A stretch of 64,000 nucleotides of DNA, taken from Negaprion brevirostris (Eukaryota). The DNA lies in NCBI GenBank assembly GCA_030324005.1, contig JARDVH010000115.1, forward strand, positions 19,494,176 through 19,558,175, read 5' to 3'. The notes under the pieces were generated by a model that was not told the origin of the DNA, searched no databases, and was given only the letters and a program-made list of their open reading frames with translations. Positions 13,510 to 25,136 of the stretch are shown piece by piece (the stretch's first letter is position 1; the number at the start of each line of letters is the position of its first letter). Position numbers and translations under genes: made by a program.

Positions 13510-13855
13510 CCTTGATAATGGCATTATCGCTAGACTATTAATCCAGAAATTTAGCGAATGTTCTGGGTACCTGGGTTTGAATACCACCACAGCAGATGGT
13601 GGAATTTGAATTAAAAAATTATCTGGAAATAAGAATCTACTGATAACCATGAAACCATTGTCGATTGTCAGAAAAAAAAGCCACCTGGGTTCACCAATAT
13701 TCTTTAGGGAAGGAAATCTGTTATACTTACCAGGTCTGGCCAACACATTGCTCTAGAGCCATAGCAGTTGATTCTTAACTGCTCTTCAAGGGCAACTAGG
13801 GACATCATTACTGGCCAGCCAGCAACGCCCATGTTCCACAAATGGATAAAATAAA
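13510..13855 (+). mobile_element. Second tRNA-derived SINE family sharing its 3' tail with the LINE at ~30430-31040
   Basis: Box-B-like gggtttgaatacc; tail gggcaactaggg...ctggccagccagc resembles 31000-31040. Confidence 0.55.
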
Positions 13856-13879
13856 CAGGTTGACAACATTAGCTTAATT

Positions 13880-14270
13880 TTGTTAAACATTGAGGCTGTT
13901 CCCCTTGGAGAGGAGAAGGTTAAGAAGACATTTGGGAGAGGTGTTCAACATTATGAGGGGGGGGTGAACAGTGTAGGTAGGAAAACACTGTTCCCACTCA
14001 TAAAAGGATCAATAATGAGAGGATTTAAAGTGATTTGCAGAAGAGGTCAATGCCATGTGAGAAAAAACTTGTACCTGCAGCAAGTGATTTGAGTCTGGAA
14101 TACACTGCCTGGAAGTGTGTGGAGAGAGGTTCAATCAAGGCATGCAAGAGGGCATTAGATTACCTAGGAGTAGGGAAAAGGCAGGGGAATAGCACTAACT
14201 CATAATGCTCATTTGGAGAACTGGTGCAGACACAATGGACCTTGGCCTCCTTCCGCGCCATANNNNNNNN
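13880..14270 (+). mobile_element. CR1-like LINE 3' fragment
   Basis: Degenerate RT C-terminus and HE1-like tail. Confidence 0.7.
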
Positions 14271-16496
14271 TCTGTGAAAATCTTGGTGCAATGTATTCAA
14301 TTAAATGATTATTTTTGGAAAACAATAATATCTTTGAGTTTGTTGTCTTTTTGAACTGTCTCAATGACTACCACAGTAATGTTTATTTACTGCTGAGTTA
14401 GCATTGCCGAGTGTGAACTGTGTTCAGAGTCTGCCTTGCCATTTGTTTTTCCCTTGCCCACATAGTGAGAAATGTCAGTTTGATAAGAATTTGTTATGCC
14501 GAGTGCAAAATGTTGAACACATTATTAACCAAAACTGCCTACACAGCTGACCTAAGCAGAGTCTGCAAACACACTGTTAATTCTTGTCTCACATAATAAA
14601 CATTTGTGTTGATATAAACTGGCTAACGTTCCATATTAAAATCTTATCTGAGTCCTGCATATCTGACAATCTGACTAAGCAGTTCAAGAATAATAAATTG
14701 CAATCTACAAATCTTTATTTACAGTAATTAATTTTCTCAGATTAAACAAGCGTTCTCGCTGATTTGTTTAGAGATAGATTTCTGTCGTATTCATAACTGC
14801 AGTTTAACAATGTTAATCCATAAAATCTCTGTGTTCCGGGTTTGGCAATTAAACTACCATGTATTACATTGTTAAAAAGAAATGTGTTTGGTCTTTATTT
14901 ATGTGTGATAGACTAATAATAATCATGTTTCAAGATAGCGCCGGAGCGAGGCGATTTCTTGAAAGCTGTGTCCAGTGTACCCTCTAATTCTATGTTTTAC
15001 TCTCATTCTATGCTTCTAAAACTCTATTCTAACTCTTTTTACATTCTGCACCCTCTCCTTTCCTTATATGTATGGTATACTTTGTCTGTATAGTACACAA
15101 GGAACAATACTTTTCACTGTGCATCAATACATGTGACGATGATAAATCAAAGTGCATATTGAAAGTTTTGTTCGTATAGGCCATAATCAGAATTTGTCTA
15201 ATTATATTGCCATCATTATTTTTCCCAAGTAAAAGAGTTATAGATCCAGCAAATCGAAATGGGATAATTTTCAATGCATCTAGCCAATTAGGAGCGTATT
15301 TCATCAGAATTCATTCACTTATCTGGTGCTTTTAATGCAGCTTAACCAAGGGTCTGAAACAAATAAATATAAAATAAACAAAAAGGGAGAAAAAGTGAGA
15401 AACAATTCATTTTCAGAGTCAGAGAGTAGGTCCGGGTCAGGAGTAGAAGTAATGGTGTCAGGAATTGACATACACAAAAGATTGGAGTTAGAAGATTTAA
15501 TTGGTCCCAGAGGGAATATGAGGCTGAGGGAGGTTGCAATGATGAGGTACAGCAATTGGTCAGCATTTGCTGAACAATTCTGATTGTACTAAGTATTATG
15601 CTAATGTTATATGTTTAAAAGGGCTACAGGTTNNNNNNNNNNNNNNNNNNNNNNNNNNNNNNNNNNNNNNNNNNNNNNNNNNNNNNNNNNNNNNNNNNNN
15701 NNNNNNNNNNNNNNNNNNNNNNNNNNNNNNNNNNNNNNNNNNNNNNNNNNNNNNNNNNNNNNNNNNNNNNNNNNNNNNNNNNNNNNNNNNNNNNNNNNNN
15801 NNNNNNNNNNNNNNNNNNNNNNNNNNNNNNNNNNNNNNNNNNNNNNNNNNNNNNNNNNNNNNNNNNNNNNNNNNNNNNNNNNNNNNNNNNNNNNNNNNNN
15901 NNNNNCAAGGGGGGGTTGGATGTTGTGTCTGCTCAGGGCTGGGCGTGATGGGGGGTGTGATGTAGTGTTGGGTCCACTCCAGGATGAGTCCTGTGCAGCT
16001 GGGGGGAATCTCATGAGCATGGTCAGAGCACAGGGATAACCTGGGGGTTAATTAGTTGAGTGGCTGGGGGTCCAGAGTGTGGGGAGTGTCTGGTCTCAGG
16101 GCTCAGTCGGGGTGTTTAAAATAGTTACACTGAAACAGTAAGTGGTTTTATTTCTTCTAACTCTTCCAGAGTAACTATTGGTGTAAAACTGGCAGAACCA
16201 TAGGAAATTAGCAATTTGAATCACTTTGTCTGATGGTTCCCAGCACAATGCAATTATCCAGGGGGGAATAATTTCCACATCCTCCCCTGGGCAGTTACAT
16301 CCTTTCCATAATGTGGTGACCAGGACTGCACATAGTACTTCAAGTGGCCTTCTCAGAGTTTTATACAGTTCCAGCATGACCTCCCTGCAAGACAATGTCT
16401 GGTATCTGCAAATAGTTAAAGACTAAGACTAAGAATTTAAATATACAATTCTCATGCTCCTCACCACTCAATATCTCAGTAACAACACTATATTTC

Positions 16497-16957
16497 AAAA
16501 GAGTTAAATGTCTACACCAGAAACCTCAGATTGTGAGGCATCAAAAGTTTGCATAATGTGTTTAATTCTATTTAATAACTCAAGCAGCAAGTGAGAGCAC
16601 CTTTGGAATTGTGTTCCTGATTGTGTCTTGACTTTCTCCAACAGTTCTGTGTGTAAATAAACATCACCAGTCTGTGTTCTGGTAAATCCCCAGCCACTTA
16701 GCTCTGTCTCCCCATCATTAAACTACTGAAGGATTCTGTTACTATGAGAATTGAGGGAGGGGGAATGAATCATTTCCACAAGTGCCTAAGCTAGGCTATT
16801 ACCAAGGTAAGTACAGCCAGCTAATTTTCTACCACCCACTGTTAGATGTAGATCTATTTTACCTTTATATCAGCCACCAATTATAGAATTAAACACATTA
16901 TGCAAACTTTTGATGCCTCACAATCTGAGGTTTCTGGTGTAGACATTTAACTCTTTT
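16497..16957. repeat. Perfect 75-bp inverted repeat (16497-16571 / 16883-16957) with 311-bp spacer
   Basis: aaaagagttaaatgtctacacc...tttaattctat and its exact reverse complement, checked base by base. Confidence 0.95.
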
Positions 16958-18822
16958 TACACAATAGAAATTTAAAGCTCAATGCCCTTAATTGGTGTAG
17001 GGGTGATGCTAATGACAGGGTGTTTAGATTCATAAAGATTTACGCGGCAAGTTGTTGAAATTGTGGACTGACAACATCACACTGAGGGAATGGCTGGACA
17101 GCACAAGGACTGAAAAGGAAGCGTAGGTTAGAATGCTGCCTTGAGTATCAAATCCAGCGCAGAAAGAAAAATCATGGAACAAAAATNNNNNNNNNNNNNN
17201 NNNNNNNNNNNNNNNNNNNNNNNNNNNNNNNNNNNNNNNNNNNNNNNNNNNNNNNNNNNNNNNNNNNNNNNNNNNNNNNNNNNNNNNNNNNNNNNNNNNN
17301 NNNNNNNNNNNNNNNNNNNNNNNNNNNNNNNNNNNNNNNNNNNNNNNNNNNNNNNNNNNNNNNNNNNNNNNNNNNNNNNNNNNNNNNNNNNNNNNNNNNN
17401 NNNNNNNNNNNNNNNNNNNNNNNNNNNNNNNNNNNNNNNNNNNNNNNNNNNNNNNNNNNNGAATCACGTTGTCTGCAGTTGTAAACAGATGTTTTTTCCT
17501 TTTTTTCTCATTGTTGCTGGGCTGTCTGCTACTTCAATGGCTTAAATAGGGGTTTGTTTATTTTAACTATGGGCTTTAGGTACTTTCTGGGATTTTTTTA
17601 TGACCCTGTGTTGTTAGGAGGAAGACTGATTGGCAGATCATGTGGTTTGGATAGTTTTTTCTTCTTCATAGTGAATTCAGGGTTTCACTTTTAATTTGGT
17701 TGCTGGCAGCAATTTTAGCTGACATCAAGCTGAGAAGAAGTGTTTTCAAAATTCTGCTGTTAGCTGGAAGCAAGGTTCCTGGCCTTCCTGGAGTAGAAAA
17801 TCTGCTGTTGGGGGTTGGTTTGTCTTGAGTCTCCCTGGTGTTTCGGGAAATTGTTCTGACTCCAAGGTTGTCTGTGTGCGCCTCAAGAGAATTGCAGCAT
17901 TCAGCCAAAGGACTAAATTTCAGTGCTGCGTGAGCATTGGTCTTTGCTGTGTTAAACCTGTGGCAAAGGTTTTGTTTGTGGGATTTGTTTCATTGGAACA
18001 GTGTTTAGCTGTTAAGGGTTATACAATATTGTGATTTCTTTTTCTTGTTTGTAACTGGTAAAAGATTTTGCCAATTTTCTTTCTATACGCGTTANNNNNN
18101 NNNNNNNNNNNNNNNNNNNNNNNNNNNNNNNNNNNNNNNNNNNNNNNNNNNNNNNNNNNNNNNNNNNNNNNNNNNNNNNNNNNNNNNNNNNNNNNNNNNN
18201 NNNNNNNNNNNNNNNNNNNNNNNNNNNNNNNNNNNNNNNNNNNNNNNNNNNNNNNNNNNNNNNNNNNNNNNNNNNNNNNNNNNNNNNNNNNNNNNNNNNN
18301 NNNNNNNNNNNNNNNNNNNNNNNNNNNNNNNNNNNNNNNNNNNNNNNNNNNNNNNNNNNNNNNNNNNNNNNNNNNNNNNNNNNNNNNNNNNNNNNNNNNN
18401 NNNNNNNNNNNNNNAGTGCAAAACTTATAATATAGGCAGACTTCACAGAACACTTTGGAGTTCCTGACCCGAATTATAACACAAGTGACACAGACAGTGA
18501 GATCGTCATTTTGAAGCCAAATGCAGAGCTCTGACAGAGACCTTTGAATCTTCACTTTTAGTCGCACATCAGTCCCACGCCTGAAGATACTATAACATTT
18601 ATGCTTTTACATATAAATAACATTAGTCTTACTATTATTATAAGAATAATTTATGGCCCATTGTGTTTGCTTTTACTCTTAACATTTACCATTTATCCAG
18701 AACATTGCCTGATGCTGATAATGAGCTTTGGAGCTAATCATGGCTCTCAGTTCAATGAGGTGATCACAGGTTAAAGCAAGAATATGTGAATATGTTTCCT
18801 GCAAATGTTTAATACCAATCAC

Positions 18823-19500
18823 CTGAAAACGTATTCAAAGTAAAACCACAAACAGCAGGCACAACCCCAGCAGCAGGAGTAGTTACAACACCAGGAGGAG
18901 CAGTTACAACACTAGGAGCAGTTACGACACCAGCAGGGGCAACTACAACACCAGCAACAGTTATGACACCAGCAGGAGCAGAAAAAACACCAGCAGGGGC
19001 AGGAACAACACCAGCAACAGTTATGACACTAGTAGGAGCAGTTACAAAATCAGTAGGAGTAGGAACAACACCTGCAAGAGCAGAAACAACACCAGCAGGA
19101 GTAGGAACAACACCTGCAACAGTTACAACACCAGTAGGAGCAGTTACAAAATCAGTTGGAGTAGGAACAACACCTGCAAGAGCAGAATTAACACCAGCAG
19201 GAGCAGGAACAACACCAGCAGGAGCATGAACAATACCAGCAGGAGTAGGAACAACACCAGCAGGAGCAGGAACAACACCAGCAGGAGTAGGAACACCACC
19301 AGCAGGAGTAGGAACACCACCAGCAGGAGCAGGAACAACCACCAGCAGGAGCAGGAACAACCACCAGCAACAGTTACAACACCAGTAGGAGCAGTTACAA
19401 AATCAGTAGGAGGAGGAACAACACCAGCAGGAGCAGTTATAACACCAATAGGAGCAGGAACAACACCATTAAGACCAGCAGCTGAGTTAACCCCAGCCAC
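18823..19500 (-). repeat. 21-nt-unit tandem repeat (ccagcaggagcaggaacaaca variants on +); probable coding exon of (PAGVVPA)n type
   Basis: About 30 degenerate units; minus-strand ORFs 19144..19512 and 18809..19360 are linked by two +1 insertions near 19340-19362; flanked by aaag|GTG and TCAG|gtgatt. Confidence 0.85.
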
Positions 19501-21447
19501 CTTTTGTGCCACAGGATAGTGGAATGAGTGGTCGGTGGGGGGATGGGGGTGGGGCTAATTGACATCCCGCTGCAAATGAGTGAGTTGCTGTCATCAGCCT
19601 TTTCCCACCTCGGACTAATTGAGGGAGGTTGCCCTGCCAGCAGCTGACTGATCCATGGCCTCCCACATGACAAATGGAGCCAGACCACCATGTTCCCTGC
19701 TGCAACGGGCTGGATTATATTCTACCCAAACTTTGGAAGTATCTGGCTGGTGATACTTGTGGGGAGCCAGGTCATTGATGCACAGGGCAGGTACTACAAA
19801 AGTAACATCAGCTCAATAGTACTCACTGAATGAGCCATTAGATTACTGAAGATGTGGTTATGTTTTCAGTCTGCACTAGCAAAGGTTTCCAGAACAATAA
19901 TAATGTGTTATATGTTAATATGAAGCAGTAGACAGGACTGGAGCTGCTGGAGGATGGAAACATTCCCAGAATCAATAATCCTTTCATTTCATTGCTACTA
20001 AGGCCTTATCTTCAACTGTTGTCATATCATTTACTTAAGACTAATATCCACTTTACCAACACGAGGTAGCCATGGAGATAACTAGACAAGAATACTTAAA
20101 GAAATGTTTTTCATGCAGAGCCATTTATAATGGATCGATAGAGTAACTCATTTTAAACACCAAAGTGCTTTCCCTAATGAATCAAAGAATGTTTCTTTTC
20201 CTATTGGATGAGTGCTTGAAATATCATAACATTCAAGGATATGGGTCAAATGCAGAAAAATGGGAATCGCGTGCCTTTAGTGATTATTATTATTGTTACA
20301 GACTCAAAGGGCCGAAGGGCCTTTTCTGCATTGCATGACTCAATGTTTGATTACTTCGCAACTCTTTTGGCTTTAGCAGGGCAAGGGCAAGTTTCTCATT
20401 CCCTTGCTCTGAAAGATTTATACAGTGGGTCATACTCTGAGCTTAAAGGCTTAGTGAAGCTTTTCTCAATCCAATTTAAACTGGCAGATTAGGAAGGTCA
20501 TTCATGAATGCGAGCATGCAGGTGGCCACTCTTTACATGCAGCTTGACTCTAAAGGCATCAATGACATTATGCTGGAGACAGATTCTTCTCCAATGGAAC
20601 ACGGTGCCTCTGGAAATGCTGAGAAAGTCTCACACATTTTCTGCTGCTGTTCCAGAATAGTCCTCTTTGTGGATGACTCCCGAAGCTTAGCATTGGCACC
20701 CAGATGATCAGAACTAGGAGGGCCCGCTACCCTCAGATAGGAACTTTCCGCAGCTGTCCTTGTCTACAACACCTGCTGCTGCTCACTTGTGAATTGGGAC
20801 TGTGTGACAATTTAGTTCCTTGCCTTGGAGACCCCAAATAGGTGGATGAGTCTGCGCTGGTAGAGGGTAAGCATGAATCATTTGACAGTGCTGTCTCAGA
20901 GTCTGCACCTTTCTCTTGAGGAATTCTTGCACTCTTCCTGCATTATCTTTTGCATGAGACTTCAATGACCTGTTGAATGAATTAGGACTGCCGAAGGGAA
21001 AAGATTCAAAGTCATTTCCAAGGCTGGCTGCTTCGTCCTATCTCATGGCAAGAGAGTGTCTTCTCTAAGCAACTGCTTGACCTCCAAGCATGCCTCAGAG
21101 AACTAGTGACAGCGCTCCTAATTTGAGACCCCATCCTTGCAGTTGTCTGTATTCTGCCAACAGCATGTCAGCCTGACACGGCATGGCTCCATTCTGTCTC
21201 CTACTGGGCTCAGGTGTAGGTCACCGTCACACCTGGCCACTCCAATTACTTGGAAAACCTGAAAATGGGACACTAATAAAAAACACTGGAAAAACTCAGG
21301 TTTGGCAGCATCTGCAGAGAGAGGAACTGTTAACAGAGTCCGTTCGACTCTTCTCCAGAGTGGGATGCTAATGCTGTCACTCAGTTGAAAAGCTACAGTC
21401 GAGCCCACTCCAACAGCTTTTGAGTTCCCGATGCCCATCAGTTCAGA

Positions 21448-21760
21448 TACATAGAATCCCTACAGTGCAGAAGGAGGCCATTCAGCACTCTGAGTCTGCA
21501 CTGATTCTCTGACGAAGTATCTTATCCAGGCCCTCTTCCTGGCCTATCCCCCTTAACCCCACACATGTAGCGTGGCTAATCCATCTAACCTAAACATCCT
21601 ACACTATGATCACTTAACCTGCACAGCTTGGGACTTTGGCAGGAAACCACAGCTACCAGAGGAAACCCGTGCAGACACAGACAGAGCAATTAATCCAAAG
21701 CTGCAATTTAACCCGGGGCCCTGGCGCTGTGAGGCAGCAGTGCTAACCACTGTGCCGCCC
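21448..21760 (-). mobile_element. HE1/V-SINE
   Basis: Matches the family consensus on minus strand. Confidence 0.82.
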
Positions 21761-23593
21761 TTGATTCTACCCTTGATTCCAGTAGTGAGGGAGTATTGCA
21801 AAATCTTGCATGTTAACTCTAGTTTCCCTCTCCACAGAAGCAGCCAGACCTGCTGATTATTTCCAACTTTTCCACTTTTTATTTCTTATTTCTCACATTC
21901 ACTATACTTCGCTTTCTGTCCTGTGCTGATTATACTCCCAGTGCTCTGAAGGGAAGTTAAGTATAACTACTGCCAGGGTTTATTTTCTTCGCTAAGTGTA
22001 TATAAGGAAGGTATCTGCTATTTAAAGTGCAAAATGAGGAATTTTTCCATCAATGATTGTTGATCTGGTTGTAAAAAGATTTCTGTACTTCTGTCACTTT
22101 GGACAGTCGAGGGCTTTGTTATTTCTTTCTCTTGGACCTCCTTGTAACAAATTTACATTCAAGGTCACAGAAGGCACTAGGAGCGAAGATATTAAAGCTA
22201 GGATCAGCATAAATCAAAATAATTTTAATAGCTTTCACACACTGAAATATTTCTCTAGTCAAAGGCCAAATGCAAATGAAACTACCGTAGAATAGGTTTC
22301 AGTCAGTAGGTAGAGGATTGTGATGAAGACTGATGATAAGAGAAGTAAAGAAAAGCCACTGCAATCCCTAGTGTTTTCCTTTCAGTTCACCTAGGCTATA
22401 CAGAGGCCAATTAATTTTAATAATGGTTAATAGGTGGTGCTTGAATTGGTTATGATACTTGTAAACTTGCTAATGAAGACTAACTATGCCTCAGAGTTAA
22501 TCTGTGAATCATAGTTCCTGTCACTCCAGAGGCTGCTTTTTATGGTGCCCCCATGGGTTTCTTTCCAGTAGGGGAGGGTGGGTGTCCGACCCCACAACTT
22601 TCCCACTCACGTCCGAGCTCCCCCACAATAATATGGGGCTGGGTGGCACCAAAATCAACAGCCCACATGTCAATTTCAAATAGGTAATCAAGGATCCATT
22701 ATGCTTGCTGCTAAGTCAATTGACTCTAATAATATGTTGCCAAAGTTAGAGGGAAAGGGGGTGGTGTGGTTTCGGTCTCCAGGGGTTGCTCTTTACAAAT
22801 CAGTGGACAGATGGAGTTGCAGGTCAATCCAATTAAAAGTGGGGAATCAATGGACTACATTCACCACTATTTGTAGTTTATCATGGTCTCGGTCAGAGCA
22901 GGAGCCATATAAAGCTGTGATACCACCCCCCCCTCCCGCTCCAGTCCGACACGCCTCCGGATCCCACGCCGNNNNNNNNNNNNNNNNNNNNNNNNNNNNN
23001 NNNNNNNNNNNNNNNNNNNNNNNNNNNNNNNNNNNNNNNNNNNNNNNNNNNNNNNNNNNNNNNNNNNNNNNNNNNNNNNNNNNNNNNNNNNNNNNNNNNN
23101 NNNNNNNNNNNNNNNNNNNNNNNNNNNNNNNNNNNNNTGGCCCTGCTTCCTCTCTACGTTACCCACCCCCACCTTCCTTGGGCTGGGACACTCCCCCCTC
23201 TCCTTTCTGGTACAACCCCCCCACCCCTGCCAATCTGGGACAACTCACTCCAGATCCCACCTCTCCCCTCAGTATGATCCATTATACCTCCCCCCTCCCA
23301 CACACACAATTCGCTGGTCTATTGTACAGTCTCCACCCTCTCCAGTCTAGGAGCACCTGCCCTAACCACCCCGACCCCTCCATTTCGTGACACACACCCC
23401 CACCCCATTTGCCATTGAAACTAGCAACTATATCCCTTTAAACAATCCCCTCCCAGTAGCTGCTGCCTCATCCAGCTTGAGTGTGAAAGGTTGGCTGAAG
23501 CAGGAGTCTGTCGAGAGTGGCAATCCAACAGACGTTGCCACTTTGTGGACGTTATGGGGCAATTACTATGAATTCAATAGAAAGAAAACTCAC

Positions 23594-23607
23594 CAAGACC
23601 TTGGGAA
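23594..23607 (-). CDS. 14-nt microexon (VPKVL)
   Basis: ttgtcttttatgattcag|TTCCCAAGGTCTTG|gtgagt; converts phase 1 to phase 0, as needed to join the repeat exon. Confidence 0.45.
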
Positions 23608-24516
23608 CTGAATCATAAAAGACAATTGTGAACAATGGCAGTATGTGTAAAATAGTTGTTGGATGGGACTTTTGCCTTGGATCACAACTTTTGTACAGTT
23701 ACTAACAATTGTGAAGAGAGGAAAAATGATTTTTTTACTCTAGATTTTCTTTTCTTCAGTGTCAGGTAATTATTTGGTTATCTAAAATATTTATTTAAAA
23801 TAAACAGCAACTTAAAAATTCTGAAATTCTCAGAAAATCCAAATAATCTCGCTTTATAAAAATTATAAAAAGGTTCCAACTGCAGTGAGGGCAAAAATTA
23901 AAAGCTTTGTCTTTTACTTTTGTTCCCTGTATGGATATTCCAGAAATGTGTAGAAAAAGTCACGAATTTGCTCTCTTTACACAAGATAGACACTGAAGAG
24001 AAAACCATTCGATTAATTTTATGTCTTCTACCCAAAAAAAAACCTCTAGCATCTCCTCATTACACCTCCAAGGCTAAAGATTCAAAACTGTTTCAAATTT
24101 ATGCCAGAGGAACATTATCAAGCAATTTTGTTCCAAAGCTGCATTTAATGTGCATCTGTAGACCAGTCTAGTACTGGCACATTAAAGTTCCTGCAACTGT
24201 ATAAGTATAGTGATTTTAAGTTTTGTATTATAATGCCTTGAACAAGGTCTCTTCTCATTATCCTACTGAATTGCAAAATAGAATTTACCATTTTACAATC
24301 TGACCACAAACATCAATTGACACATTAATACTATTCTGGCATACAATGAACTGTTGCTAGTACAATACTATTAACATATCATCATTTATATATTAAAATT
24401 TGATTTTTAGGATGCATGTTCCATTGAAAACTCATGATTATTGGAGCTGCTATTCAGATATAGGTTACAGATATTTTCAATACTAAAACCATTTTATAGT
24501 TATACCAAGAACTTAC

Positions 24517-24567
24517 CCTGAGATTCTGCACTCGTCATTGGATTCCCATATATCATTTCAATCCATA
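24517..24567 (-). CDS. Exon of second locus (IWIEMIYGNPMTSAESQ)
   Basis: Strong sites atttttatttttccccag and CAGG|gtaagt; 51 nt, open in phase 1. Confidence 0.6.
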
Positions 24568-24680
24568 CTGGGGAAAAATAAAAATCAATAACTATTTTTC
24601 TCATTTTCTTTCCAGCAACTTTCCTTCAAACAATTGTGAAAAATGAGAGGACAAAGTGCAAATATTTTTCTGAGATAAAA

Positions 24681-24696
24681 TTTATTTTGTTTTATT
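24681..24696 (-). terminator. Tandem AATAAA poly(A) signals, candidate UNC79 3' end (alternative single AATAAA at 26098-26103)
   Basis: Minus strand reads AATAAAACAAAATAAA followed by T-rich sequence, about 2.35 kb after the UNC79 stop; intervening sequence is AT-rich and poor in recognisable repeats. Confidence 0.45.
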
Positions 24697-25075
24697 CAAA
24701 ACAGAAAAGAAATGTTTACAACCAGAGTAAATTAAATCAAGACAACACATGTCAACACAATGATTGGCTGACTGATAAAATCAAATTTCAATTGGTTTTA
24801 TATGTAGAAAATAACATTTTCTAGTGACAGTTGGCAATTTTTTCTACATCATGAATTTCTGTTATTGTGACCTTCAAAGATACTGGTGAACACTTTCATG
24901 GAAATATTCTCAGAGATGCAGTCAAGGTGAACTCCTTTGCAATAGAATAGCTAAATGTCATTCTTTCTTTTGCAGGGAGTAGTACACTGGTCTTTGAAAT
25001 TTATTTCGCACCTCTTTGCAGGATACTGTAAGATTAAGCCTCTGATAATACAATAAAACATTAACATGTACACAC

Positions 25076-25136
25076 TTATGAGTATGTACACCACTGGAAC
25101 ATAAATATCCAGGTGCTGCTTCTCCTGTATGTGCAT
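25076..25136 (-). CDS. Candidate first coding exon of second locus (MHIQEKQHLDIYVPVVYILI)
   Basis: ttcttttgcag acceptor at 25173, ATG at 25134-25136, gtgtgt donor; phase 1 fits the next exon and gives a hydrophobic signal-like stretch. Confidence 0.4.

Noticed and set aside
18850-19480. CRISPR-like array
   Set aside because: Contiguous degenerate tandem units without unique spacers; eukaryotic context
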